64,000 nt of DNA from the NCBI GenBank assembly GCA_963539815.1, contig CAUTMO010000003.1, positions 131 through 64,130 on the forward strand, in the 5' to 3' direction. The position numbers and the translations under genes are program-made. Below the pieces are notes generated by a model. That model saw only the letters and a program-made list of their open reading frames with translations. It was not told the origin of the DNA and ran no database searches. Shown one piece after another: positions 44,596 through 53,715 of this stretch; within the stretch, counting starts at the first letter, position 1; each line of letters begins with the position of its first letter. Source of the DNA: an uncultured Candidatus Saccharibacteria bacterium (GTDB lineage: Bacteria; Patescibacteriota; Saccharimonadia; Saccharimonadales; Saccharimonadaceae).

Positions 44596-45222
44596 ATGAA
44601 AAACATAAACGGTTTTACTCTTGTCGAGCTTATTATAGGCATTTGCGTTATCGGTATTCTTACGGGAATTTCCACCATATCATATTCTAAGTTCAGAGAG
44701 AACGCGTATGACGCGGCAGCAAAAGAGACATTGCATCAAGTTGAAACTGCTTTTAAATCATACGTAGCCGGTGGAAATAAAGTTCCTTTAAGAAATTATA
44801 AACCGCTTGGATTCTATGATAGTCCTGGTGGAGGATATACTGATTTAGGCGTAAGAGTGTTTGACGGTGGCGGTATTGGTCGCGCTATGCATCAGGCTAA
44901 TTACCTTCCAGACAACTTATTAAATATCCTAAAAAACGGTCCAACAAAGGACACTTCGCTAAAAAATAATATTGGATACAGAGAGTGTGGCAAAAATAAA
45001 GTATTTTTCTACATTGAAGTATATAATAACGGAATCGAGCAAAAACAGATGCGCAAAAAGATGGACGATCTAAAATGCAGTGAAAAAACAGATCTAGATT
45101 GGCAAGCTGAACACGGCGTAACTCGTTATGCCGGCGGATGGGGTGGCGGCGATCTTGCCACCCGTCCCCGATATATAGTCGCCGAGATAGATTTCGATAA
45201 CGAATCGCTAGATTCAGATTAA
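44596..45222 (+). CDS. Type IV pilin / pseudopilin with a prepilin N-terminal cleavage-methylation signal
   Basis: MKNING|FTLVELIIGICVIGILTGISTISY has the class III signal peptide G/FTLVE. A TACAAT at 44581..44586 lies 9 nt before the ATG. Confidence 0.85.
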   Translation: MKNINGFTLVELIIGICVIGILTGISTISYSKFRENAYDAAAKETLHQVETAFKSYVAGGNKVPLRNYKPLGFYDSPGGGYTDLGVRVFDGGGIGRAMHQANYLPDNLLNILKNGPTKDTSLKNNIGYRECGKNKVFFYIEVYNNGIEQKQMRKKMDDLKCSEKTDLDWQAEHGVTRYAGGWGGGDLATRPRYIVAEIDFDNESLDSD

Positions 45223-45225
45223 TAA

Positions 45226-45993
45226 TTAAAGTTTCGTCAGAATTTCAGCACCAGTTTCGGTAATCAATACCGTATGTTCAAAATGCGCACCCAGACTGCC
45301 GTCTTTCATACTAATTGTCCAACCGTCGCTGTCGGTAATAATTTTCTCGCCGCCCAAGCTCGCCATCGGCTCAATTGCAATTGTGTCGCCAGCGTGCAGC
45401 ATCGGACCAGTTCCTCGCCTGCCGTAATTCGGAATTTCTGGCTCCATATGCATACTCAGCCCCACGCCATGACCAACTAGTTCACGGATTATGCCAAGTT
45501 TGGCCTTCTTTAACACAGCTTCCACTCCCGCTGAAATATCGCCAACTCGCGTTCCATCGCCAGTTATCGCATCAATTCCCGCATATAAACTCTGTTCTGT
45601 TGCGTGCAATAAATGTTTCTTCGCGCCCTTAGGCTCTTCATCGACAACCATAGTAAAAGCACTATCCGTTTTCATTCCACGATAGCCAATCACCAAGTCA
45701 AAGCTAACCACATCGCCCTTTTCAAAAACATATTCGGTCGGGAAAGAGTGTACCAATTGCTCGTTCGTCGATATACAAATCACTCCCGGAAACTTCACTT
45801 CATCCGTAAGATAAGTCGCTTCTGCGCCAAAATCTTTAATTCGCTTGGCTACAAAATCATTAGCGTCCAACTCACTCATTCCAGCCGTTACGGATTTTTT
45901 CAATTCATCATAAATTGTCGCAAGCATTTTGCCGCACTCGCGCATATCTTTCATCTGTTGCGGCGTTTTTTCTCCGGTGATCAATTGACTCAT
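45226..45993 (-). CDS. map: Methionine aminopeptidase, type I
   Basis: Pita-bread metal ligands in context (DVVSFDLVIGYRGMKTDSAFT, GHGVGLSMHMEP, EHTVLIT). Confidence 0.92.
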   Translation of the reverse strand: MSQLITGEKTPQQMKDMRECGKMLATIYDELKKSVTAGMSELDANDFVAKRIKDFGAEATYLTDEVKFPGVICISTNEQLVHSFPTEYVFEKGDVVSFDLVIGYRGMKTDSAFTMVVDEEPKGAKKHLLHATEQSLYAGIDAITGDGTRVGDISAGVEAVLKKAKLGIIRELVGHGVGLSMHMEPEIPNYGRRGTGPMLHAGDTIAIEPMASLGGEKIITDSDGWTISMKDGSLGAHFEHTVLITETGAEILTKL

Positions 45994-46547
45994 TTTACAC
46001 CCTCAACAATGCCGCGACTAACCAATTCTTTCTCAATTTCATCATGAACTTGCCCGACGGTTCCGACACCACTCATATGTACAATTGGAACTCCATTGTC
46101 ATTCAAATAATTCAACATCGGGTAAATTTCACCTCGATAAATACTGAGTCGTTTGTCGATTGCTTCAGGCGTGTCGTCAACTCGACCGCGAACCCTCAAA
46201 CGCTCCAGAATTTCATCACGCGGAACTTCCAGCACAATCACCAACTTAACATCTTTTCCGTGATGTGAACGCGACTCAATCAGCCATTTAGCCTGTTCTA
46301 ATTGCCTTGGATAGCCGTCCAAAATTACGCCATTAATGTCCTTAGCTTTATTAAGAGCCTCGCCCATCAAACCGTTGATAGTTTCCATCGGCACCAGTTC
46401 GCCAGATTGCATACGATGAATCAATTCGCCATCGTGAGTATCGCGCAACAGCTGTCCGGCACTAAGCCAACGCCAACCATGACGCGCTGCTAAAATCTGC
46501 CCCTGCACGCTCTTACCAGCACCAGCTGGTCCAAAAAATACAATCAT
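45990..46547 (-). CDS. adk: Adenylate kinase (short, lid without a zinc finger)
   Basis: P-loop FFGPAGAGKSVQG and DGYPR. Confidence 0.88.
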   Translation of the reverse strand: MIVFFGPAGAGKSVQGQILAARHGWRWLSAGQLLRDTHDGELIHRMQSGELVPMETINGLMGEALNKAKDINGVILDGYPRQLEQAKWLIESRSHHGKDVKLVIVLEVPRDEILERLRVRGRVDDTPEAIDKRLSIYRGEIYPMLNYLNDNGVPIVHMSGVGTVGQVHDEIEKELVSRGIVEGVK

Positions 46548-46555
46548 TTTTCCTC

Positions 46556-47014
46556 CTATTTTATGAGTTTTTCTTTAACAATTTTTGCCACCAACGCGCC
46601 ATCCGCAGCATTGCCAACCTTACTTTTTACCGCGCCAATAACTTGTCCCATTTTCTGAATTGAAACATCGTCCATACCCGCAATAACTTCTTCTACAATC
46701 TTTGAGATTTCCGCCTCGCCAAGTTGCTCTGGCAAAAATTCTCGTAAAATTTCCGCTTCTTTTTCTTCAGGTTCCGCCAATTCCGCACGGTCATTCTTTC
46801 GATATAAATCCGCACTTTCGACGCGCTTTTTCACTTCTCGAGCAACGACTTTCTCAATTTCAGAATCATCCAAGCCATCTTCTCGCTTGCCCAAAGAAAC
46901 TTCTTCGTTTAAGATTGCTGCCTTTAGATTACGCAAAACATCACCACGAAAACGATCGCCGCTCAATAGAGCGGCTTTCATTTCACTAGTAATGCGCTCT
47001 TTTAGCGCAGACAT
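46556..47014 (-). CDS. GatB/YqeY domain protein
   Basis: LKERITSEMKAALLSGDRFRGDVLRNLKAAI...GNAADGALVAKIVKEKL is typical YqeY. Confidence 0.85.
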   Translation of the reverse strand: MSALKERITSEMKAALLSGDRFRGDVLRNLKAAILNEEVSLGKREDGLDDSEIEKVVAREVKKRVESADLYRKNDRAELAEPEEKEAEILREFLPEQLGEAEISKIVEEVIAGMDDVSIQKMGQVIGAVKSKVGNAADGALVAKIVKEKLIK

Positions 47015-47229
47015 TAACGCACCCCTAGGCGCATTTTTGCCGTTTTTTCAGCTCGTCGCTCGCGGCGAATAATAGCTTTTTTACGACGCTCGGTCTTTGA
47101 AATTGGTTTTTCAAAACGCATAACGCTCTTAGCGCGAGCCAAAACACCGCTTTGCAAAACCCTGCGGTTGAAACGACGAATGATATTTTCGTTCGCTTCC
47201 TTCTGATCTTTACGTGTTACTTGTACCAT
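47014..47229 (-). CDS. rpsU: 30S ribosomal protein S21
   Basis: ENIIRRFNRRVLQSGVLARAKSVMRFEKPISKTERRKKA. Confidence 0.9.
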   Translation of the reverse strand: MVQVTRKDQKEANENIIRRFNRRVLQSGVLARAKSVMRFEKPISKTERRKKAIIRRERRAEKTAKMRLGVR

Positions 47230-47302
47230 ACTGCAAACATTATAACAGATAAGAAAGTATTTGCCAACTAGATTGTTATTTTATCGCCACTCCGATTAAA
47301 GC

Positions 47303-48409
47303 TTAGACATTCAGACTATAGATTAACGCCAAAACAGCTGGAACATTCATGACATTATGCGTATGACGATCCAAAATACCAAATAGTCTAGCCTCGGCAG
47401 CTGTAGACCTCGGCTCGCCGTTGACTATGCCAACAATATGCGCAATATTACGCATATTAGTTAAGTGGCTTCCTTCAGGTGTAAAAATGCTAATCTCTCG
47501 CTGAACATTCGGTGCAGCTATTAGTAAATCTTCCGCAAAACCATCTTTACTTAATGCAAATGTATCAGTTAGAAATTGCTGACGCCACCCCTGTTTCGGT
47601 ATGACAAACTTGCTATTCGATCTTTCCGAAAAACCTTCGATTACTTCAACGTACCTAGGATCTTCCCTAGATAAAAATTGCAGACCAAGTTCTTTTGCGC
47701 TCGGAGCTAGCGATTCCTTATCGTAGCGCATTAATTCCAAACCTTCTTTTCCTATGAAATTTGCCGCCAAGGCAACAAGTCCCATATTGCGCGACCCCAC
47801 TGGGTCAAATAGACGCAACTCGTCAACCTTAGAATCCATATGACTAACAGACGACGTAGCCACACGCGCACCCAGAGAATGTCCACCGACCATAATAGAA
47901 TCATAATCTTCACTAACATAATCAAGCACCGGACCGATATATTCGCCCAGACTATCATAACTCCCTGTTTTTCTTATCTCTTTGCGGACTGATTTAGGCA
48001 ACATTCCAGAATTGCCCACACCCGGCATATTCATAACCATGTAAGCTGCACTCGGATCATTATATGTCATAGTAATAGCTTCTCTTAGCGCGTTTGGATG
48101 GCGAAAATTACCTCCCCACCCATACGCACCAACTTTCAGCTTATCTGAACCTACATTGCCTATTAGCGCCACCTCAATTCCGACTCCGCCTAATCCTCGA
48201 ATGTAGCGTGGGTTTTTTACTTGCTCGACAATCTTATTCATGTGCTCCGGGCCGTAAGGATCTTCAGATAAACGCCGCATATCTTCAGATGTGGCGATTT
48301 GTATAGTATTTCCCTGTCTTAAGTCAGGATAAACCTCAGCAATTCGCAACCCGTTCTCAAAAGAATAATCCGTAGACTCAGACGGCGTCCAAAGTTTTTC
48401 TGAACCCAT
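47303..48409 (-). CDS. Alpha/beta-hydrolase-fold protein (GxSxG lipase/esterase motif), no signal peptide
   Basis: The nucleophile elbow is IMVGGHSLGARVA. The protein is 368 aa. The substrate is unknown. Confidence 0.55.
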   Translation of the reverse strand: MGSEKLWTPSESTDYSFENGLRIAEVYPDLRQGNTIQIATSEDMRRLSEDPYGPEHMNKIVEQVKNPRYIRGLGGVGIEVALIGNVGSDKLKVGAYGWGGNFRHPNALREAITMTYNDPSAAYMVMNMPGVGNSGMLPKSVRKEIRKTGSYDSLGEYIGPVLDYVSEDYDSIMVGGHSLGARVATSSVSHMDSKVDELRLFDPVGSRNMGLVALAANFIGKEGLELMRYDKESLAPSAKELGLQFLSREDPRYVEVIEGFSERSNSKFVIPKQGWRQQFLTDTFALSKDGFAEDLLIAAPNVQREISIFTPEGSHLTNMRNIAHIVGIVNGEPRSTAAEARLFGILDRHTHNVMNVPAVLALIYSLNV

Positions 48410-48478
48410 AAAAATATCACTCCAAATAAATTAATAAAGTGTCAATATTATATAACATAAAAGAAAATGACGCAATAT

Positions 48479-50113
48479 CTACACCCCAGAAATATGCAGC
48501 AATCGCCCTTCAACTGACTTCATCCCTTGCCATTCATTTACGGTCGGCTGAAACCAAGCAGATACTTCGTCGCCCACTTCACGGAAAAACTCTTCTGGCG
48601 CGTTAAACGCCAGCATCTGCAGCGCAACGTCATTTTTATCACGCAAGGTCAATTTCACATGTTGCCCATCCGCACCCATTCTCCTCACGCTCAAAACCGT
48701 CGCTTTGGTTATCTTCAATATAGGCTCCGCGTTACCATTGCCAAACGGCTCCATTTTTGCCAAATTATCAATCAACTCCTCATTAATTTCCGAAAAATCG
48801 TCGATCTCAACATCAGCCCTCGGCAACAAATATAATTCCTGATTTTTTAATTGCAGCGAGTCATAAAACTCATTCACTCGTCGCCTAAAATCATCAATTC
48901 TCTCGGTCGCCAACGTCACGCCAGCCGCCGCTCCGTGACCACCGCCTTTAATAATGATGTCGTCAGCTGCACGAACCGCGTCAGCCGCGGAAAAATCACC
49001 AAAACTTCGCGCCGAACCCGTAGCCTCGTCGCCACGCTCGCCAATTATGAAAACTGGCTTCTTATATTTCTCAACCAACTTTGACGCCACAATTCCGATA
49101 ACTCCGTGATTCCAATTGCCGCTATTCACCACCAAAACTCGATCATCAGTCATATTGTCCGCCTGCTGGCAAGCTTCGTCAAAAATCTCATCCTGAATAC
49201 TGCGACGCTTAATATTCAATTCTTCCAGCTTTTCGCTAGCCTCCAACGCCTCCAGTCCGTCACTCGCCGTCAGCATATCCAGAGCATATTGTGCCGTCTC
49301 CAGTCTACCCGCCGCATTCATTCGCGGGCCCAGACCAAATCCCAGATGCCTAGCATCAACTTTCTCTGGATCAATTCCCGCCACCGACATCAATGCCTTC
49401 AAACCAGGACGCTTCTGCTTTTTCAAAACCTCCAAGCCCCAATAGACATTCGCCCTATTTTCATCCGCCAACGTAACTATATCGCAAACCGTCCCTAGCG
49501 CCACCAGATCCAATAGCCACTTCTCGTAACCATCTGGCAACCCGTCCAGTTCGGTTTGTAGAGCCTGAACCAATTTAAACGCCACACCCGCACCGCACAA
49601 ATCGCGGAACGGATATTTATGACCAGGAAACTTCGGGTTAACCGCGGCAACACTCGGCGGTGGAGTTTCGGCAACATTATGATGATCAGTCACAACCGTA
49701 TCAATCCCCAAACTCGACGCATATTCAATTTCCGCATGACACAAACTTCCCGTATCAACCGTGACAATTAAATCCGCACCCATATTTCGCACCTTATCAA
49801 CGGCGCCCATCGTCATTCCGTAGCCCTCAACAAACCGATTCGGAATAAATGCGCCAACTTCCTTAAAGCCAAACTTGCCAAACGCATCCAGTAAAATTGC
49901 CGTTGCACTCAACCCGTCAATATCGTAATCGCCGTAAATAACAATTTTCTCACCCTCAGCGTGCGCCTTTTTCAAGCGGTCCACCGCTTTTCTCATATCT
50001 GGCAATAAAAACGGATCATGTTTTACTGACGCGTAATTCGGATGCAAAAATTCCTCACGCGCCGCACGCGTAGTTAAGCCTCGAGTCGCTAAAATTTTCT
50101 CAAATAATGTCAT
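48479..50113 (-). CDS. recJ: Single-stranded-DNA-specific exonuclease RecJ
   Basis: DHH motifs (IYGDYDIDGLS, VTVDTG, VVTDHH) and DHHA1 (GGGHGAAAG). Confidence 0.92.
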   Translation of the reverse strand: MTLFEKILATRGLTTRAAREEFLHPNYASVKHDPFLLPDMRKAVDRLKKAHAEGEKIVIYGDYDIDGLSATAILLDAFGKFGFKEVGAFIPNRFVEGYGMTMGAVDKVRNMGADLIVTVDTGSLCHAEIEYASSLGIDTVVTDHHNVAETPPPSVAAVNPKFPGHKYPFRDLCGAGVAFKLVQALQTELDGLPDGYEKWLLDLVALGTVCDIVTLADENRANVYWGLEVLKKQKRPGLKALMSVAGIDPEKVDARHLGFGLGPRMNAAGRLETAQYALDMLTASDGLEALEASEKLEELNIKRRSIQDEIFDEACQQADNMTDDRVLVVNSGNWNHGVIGIVASKLVEKYKKPVFIIGERGDEATGSARSFGDFSAADAVRAADDIIIKGGGHGAAAGVTLATERIDDFRRRVNEFYDSLQLKNQELYLLPRADVEIDDFSEINEELIDNLAKMEPFGNGNAEPILKITKATVLSVRRMGADGQHVKLTLRDKNDVALQMLAFNAPEEFFREVGDEVSAWFQPTVNEWQGMKSVEGRLLHISGV

Positions 50114-50415
50114 TAGTCTTTATCAGCCATGCCACGCTTTGATCGCGCTGAATATTGCTGAGATTTAATCACCATACTTTGCAATTCCTTAAAAATTGGG
50201 AATTGTTTATTAGTGAAATACGTACGTGAGTTGCCCTGCTTTTCACTCTGCAAAAATCCAACCTTTTCTAGTCGCTTCAATTCTCGTTGAATATTTCCAG
50301 GATCTTCCTTAATTAGCTTTGCTAATCCGCGAACATGTGTGTGAAAATCAGGATACTTAGCGTATACTACTACAATTTTTCGCCGCACCCTAGATGTAAT
50401 AAAAACGTCTAACAT
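50113..50415 (-). CDS. Small winged-helix transcriptional regulator
   Basis: HVRGLAKLIKEDPGNIQRELKRLEKVGFLQSEKQGNSRTYF is an HTH plus wing. The stop overlaps the recJ start. Confidence 0.6.
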   Translation of the reverse strand: MLDVFITSRVRRKIVVVYAKYPDFHTHVRGLAKLIKEDPGNIQRELKRLEKVGFLQSEKQGNSRTYFTNKQFPIFKELQSMVIKSQQYSARSKRGMADKD

Positions 50416-50479
50416 AACCTCCCTAACGCATCTTTCTTAATTAAAGTTTATCACAATTTTACAACACCCGACAAGTTTT

Positions 50480-51139
50480 TTACTTCCAATTCAAAATAAC
50501 CTGATTAATTTTCGCTATCGTTTCCTCTTTGGACGGCAATGTATTATCCTCATAATAATGATTTAATCCCATAAAATTCTCCTTCACATCCAAAATATGC
50601 ATTTCATCAACTGTCATATGCAATTTATCCACCGCCGCCACACCACAAAACGGCACCGCAATCACCAACTTCTCAATCCGAACTGACTTCAGAAAACTCA
50701 AAGCCACGTCCAAAACCGACAAATCATCACCAAAACCATCACTCGCCAAAATCACCACCCGATCCTTTAGCATATCCTTATCGATGATTCCACCATCACC
50801 CAAAAGTCTATTCATTTTCTGATGAGCTTCGCGCTTTTTCTCTTCCAGATAACCGTGAAATTCACTAGTATATTCATTAATTTCACCGTCAGAAAATTGG
50901 CTATTATACGTAAATTGCCCAGACTGCGACATCGCCCCGATGCTTAAACTTTCCCCAGGAATATCAATCCCTTCACTCAGCAGCATCATGAGAACACAGT
51001 GAAGCTTCACTGCAATTTGCTCACCAATCAACACGCCACCTTCTCCAATTGCAACTACTGCGCAGTTTTCATAGCGATACTTTTCCAGTACTTGATCAGC
51101 CAGAATTGCCCCAGCCTGCGAACGACTCTCAAAATACAT
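50480..51139 (-). CDS. Phosphoribosyltransferase-family protein
   Basis: The PRPP-binding-like acidic loop is VVILASDGFGDD. The overall layout resembles COG1926-type predicted PRTases. Confidence 0.6.
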   Translation of the reverse strand: MYFESRSQAGAILADQVLEKYRYENCAVVAIGEGGVLIGEQIAVKLHCVLMMLLSEGIDIPGESLSIGAMSQSGQFTYNSQFSDGEINEYTSEFHGYLEEKKREAHQKMNRLLGDGGIIDKDMLKDRVVILASDGFGDDLSVLDVALSFLKSVRIEKLVIAVPFCGVAAVDKLHMTVDEMHILDVKENFMGLNHYYEDNTLPSKEETIAKINQVILNWK

Positions 51140-51178
51140 ATGCTTATTTTAGCATTTTTTTCGCGATATAATATAAAC

Positions 51179-53119
51179 ATGCATTACTATTTGGTTTCGC
51201 CAACAAGAATCGTCCGCGCCGACGCAAGTTCGTTTACGTATTCTTCAGAAGAAAGACTGCCGACCGGAATGATTGTTGCTATAGAAATCGGCAAAATCAA
51301 TGCTATTGGTGTAGTTCTACAAGAAGTTCGGCAGCCCGATTTTGAAGTCAAGCCAATTAGTAAAATCATTGAAGAATATCCCTTGCCAATCGAACTCGTT
51401 CAGACTGCTATATGGATGAGCGAATATTATGCCACACACCAAGCGACCGTCTGGCAAGCAATTTTACCCAGCGGATTATCCAAAAAACGTCGCTCAATTA
51501 ACCAGTCGACCCCAGTTAATCCAACAGAAAATCGAACAAAAAATGTATTCACAGATGAGCAAAAATCAGCCCTCCAGACCATCGAAAATCTCCATTCCGG
51601 AACGGCACTTTTACACGGCGTAACTGGCTCAGGAAAAACCCTAGTGTATATAGAAGCCGCAAAACAAACCTTAAAAGAAGAGCGATCGGCGGTAATTTTA
51701 GTCCCCGAAATTGCCCTAACCTCACAACTGGTTGCTGAGTTTTCCGCTCATCTGCCAAATGTTATAGTCACCCATTCCAAACAAACCGAAGCTCAACGAT
51801 ATGCAATCTGGAAAAGAGTCATCAGCTCAAACGATCCGGTAGTAATCATCGGTCCGCGATCTGCTCTTTTCATGCCCGTGCAACAGCTCGGACTTGTGGT
51901 GATTGATGAGTGTCACGAACCAAGTTTCAAACAGGAGCAGTCCCCTCGATATTCAGCCCTCCGCGTCGCCTCAGTTCTTACAAATCAACATCGCGGCAAG
52001 CTAATTTTAGGTAGTGCTACTCCAGCGGTTGCCGACTATTACATTGCCAAAAAATCAAACACGCCAATCATTACAATGACAAAACCAGCAAGACCAGACA
52101 CCATTCGCCCCAACGTGACGCTGGTCGACATGACAAAGCGCAACAATTTTACCCAACATCAATTCCTCTCCGACCCACTCTTGAAATCTATAAACACAGC
52201 TCTATCAAAAAACGAGCAAGTTCTTATTTTTCACAATCGGCGCGGCACGGCATCAATCACATTATGCGATAACTGCGGCTGGCAGGCTGGCTGCCCACGT
52301 TGTTTTATTCCACTCACTCTGCACGCGGATAGCCATAAATTGTCATGCCATATTTGCGGTTTTTCGACCAAAGTTCCTACTAGTTGTCCTGAATGTAAAA
52401 ACGCCGACATCATCCACAAAGGCATCGGAACTAAGAGAATTGAAGATGAATTACAGAAGTTATTCCCGAACAAAAAAATTGCTCGATTTGATAAAGACAC
52501 CGATTTAAAGGCTACCGTAGACGAGCGTTATGATGAACTGAAAAATGGCGAAATAGATATAATTATCGGCACGCAAGTTATTGCCAAAGGACTAGATTTA
52601 CCACATTTAACAGTCGTCGGAGTCATTCAGGCTGACACCGGACTTTCCCTCCCTGACTATTCATCGCCCGAACGAACATTTCAATTGCTCGCCCAAGTCG
52701 TTGGTCGCGTCGGCAGGTCAAGCACGCCAACAGAAGTTGTCGTCCAATCATATCAACCAAACCACCCGTCCATCACAAACGGGCTCTCTCAAAACTATAC
52801 AGAATTCTACCAAAGAACCATATCTCAGCGGCAAAAAACCAACTTTCCGCCCTTCACTTACCTATTAAAATTAACTTGCGTTTATAAAACCGAAGCTGCT
52901 GCCATAAGGAACGCTAAGAAATTGTCCGAACTATTAAAATCCAATTTTGATAACATTGAAGTTTTTGGACCAACGCCCGCTTTTTACGAGCGCGTCCGTG
53001 ATACGTATCGATGGCAAATCGTAGTAAAAAGCCCCAAACGACAAGAGCTTCTTGACGTCTTAAATTTCCTACCGCCATCACACTGGCGGTATGAGCTTGA
53101 CCCTGTAAGTCTACTGTAA
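51179..53119 (+). CDS. priA: Primosomal protein N' (replication restart helicase PriA)
   Basis: Walker A GVTGSGKT, a DEAH-like VIDECHE, and a Cys-rich zinc module CDNCGWQAGCPRC...CHICG...CPECK. The ATG at 51179 is 6 nt after the TATAAT at 51167..51172. The upstream part of the tracked ORF is antisense to the PRTase gene. Confidence 0.92.
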   Translation: MHYYLVSPTRIVRADASSFTYSSEERLPTGMIVAIEIGKINAIGVVLQEVRQPDFEVKPISKIIEEYPLPIELVQTAIWMSEYYATHQATVWQAILPSGLSKKRRSINQSTPVNPTENRTKNVFTDEQKSALQTIENLHSGTALLHGVTGSGKTLVYIEAAKQTLKEERSAVILVPEIALTSQLVAEFSAHLPNVIVTHSKQTEAQRYAIWKRVISSNDPVVIIGPRSALFMPVQQLGLVVIDECHEPSFKQEQSPRYSALRVASVLTNQHRGKLILGSATPAVADYYIAKKSNTPIITMTKPARPDTIRPNVTLVDMTKRNNFTQHQFLSDPLLKSINTALSKNEQVLIFHNRRGTASITLCDNCGWQAGCPRCFIPLTLHADSHKLSCHICGFSTKVPTSCPECKNADIIHKGIGTKRIEDELQKLFPNKKIARFDKDTDLKATVDERYDELKNGEIDIIIGTQVIAKGLDLPHLTVVGVIQADTGLSLPDYSSPERTFQLLAQVVGRVGRSSTPTEVVVQSYQPNHPSITNGLSQNYTEFYQRTISQRQKTNFPPFTYLLKLTCVYKTEAAAIRNAKKLSELLKSNFDNIEVFGPTPAFYERVRDTYRWQIVVKSPKRQELLDVLNFLPPSHWRYELDPVSLL

Positions 53120-53139
53120 TTTCTGGTATAATTGTAGCA

Positions 53140-53715
53140 ATGACAAAAGACGATATTATCACATTACCAAATCCACATCTTCGCCAAAAATCATCGAAAA
53201 TCCACGTTGTTACTAATGATGTTATAAAACTAGCAGACGAAATGACCGCAGCCGCACTGGATTGGGAAGACTCCAGACCTCACGAAATTAGCGCCGCCCT
53301 GGCTGCTGTACAAGTCGATAAATTAGAGCGTGTTGTGATTGTTCGAGCCGACTTTGAAAGAAAATCAACTCGCGAATTCATCACTCTTATAAATCCAGAA
53401 ATCGTGAAATATGAAGGCGAAATTGTTGAAGACTTCGAGGGATGCTTAAGTGTTAAAAGTATTTACGGAAAAGTTCCCCGCTACAGTAAAATTCGCGTAA
53501 AAGCCATGAATTTAGACGGCGAAGAAGTGCGAATTAAAGCCGAAGGATTTTTGGCGCGCGTATTACAGCATGAGATAGACCACTGTAATGGATTAGTTTT
53601 TATAGACCATATTAAGGATAAAAAAGATGCTTTTTACACGCTCGACGAGAAAGGCGAGCTGCAACCGCTAGATTATGACAAAGACATCGCCGAAAATAGT
53701 ATTCTTTGGAACTGA
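53140..53715 (+). CDS. def: Peptide deformylase
   Basis: EGCLSV and HEIDHCNG motifs. Confidence 0.93.
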   Translation: MTKDDIITLPNPHLRQKSSKIHVVTNDVIKLADEMTAAALDWEDSRPHEISAALAAVQVDKLERVVIVRADFERKSTREFITLINPEIVKYEGEIVEDFEGCLSVKSIYGKVPRYSKIRVKAMNLDGEEVRIKAEGFLARVLQHEIDHCNGLVFIDHIKDKKDAFYTLDEKGELQPLDYDKDIAENSILWN

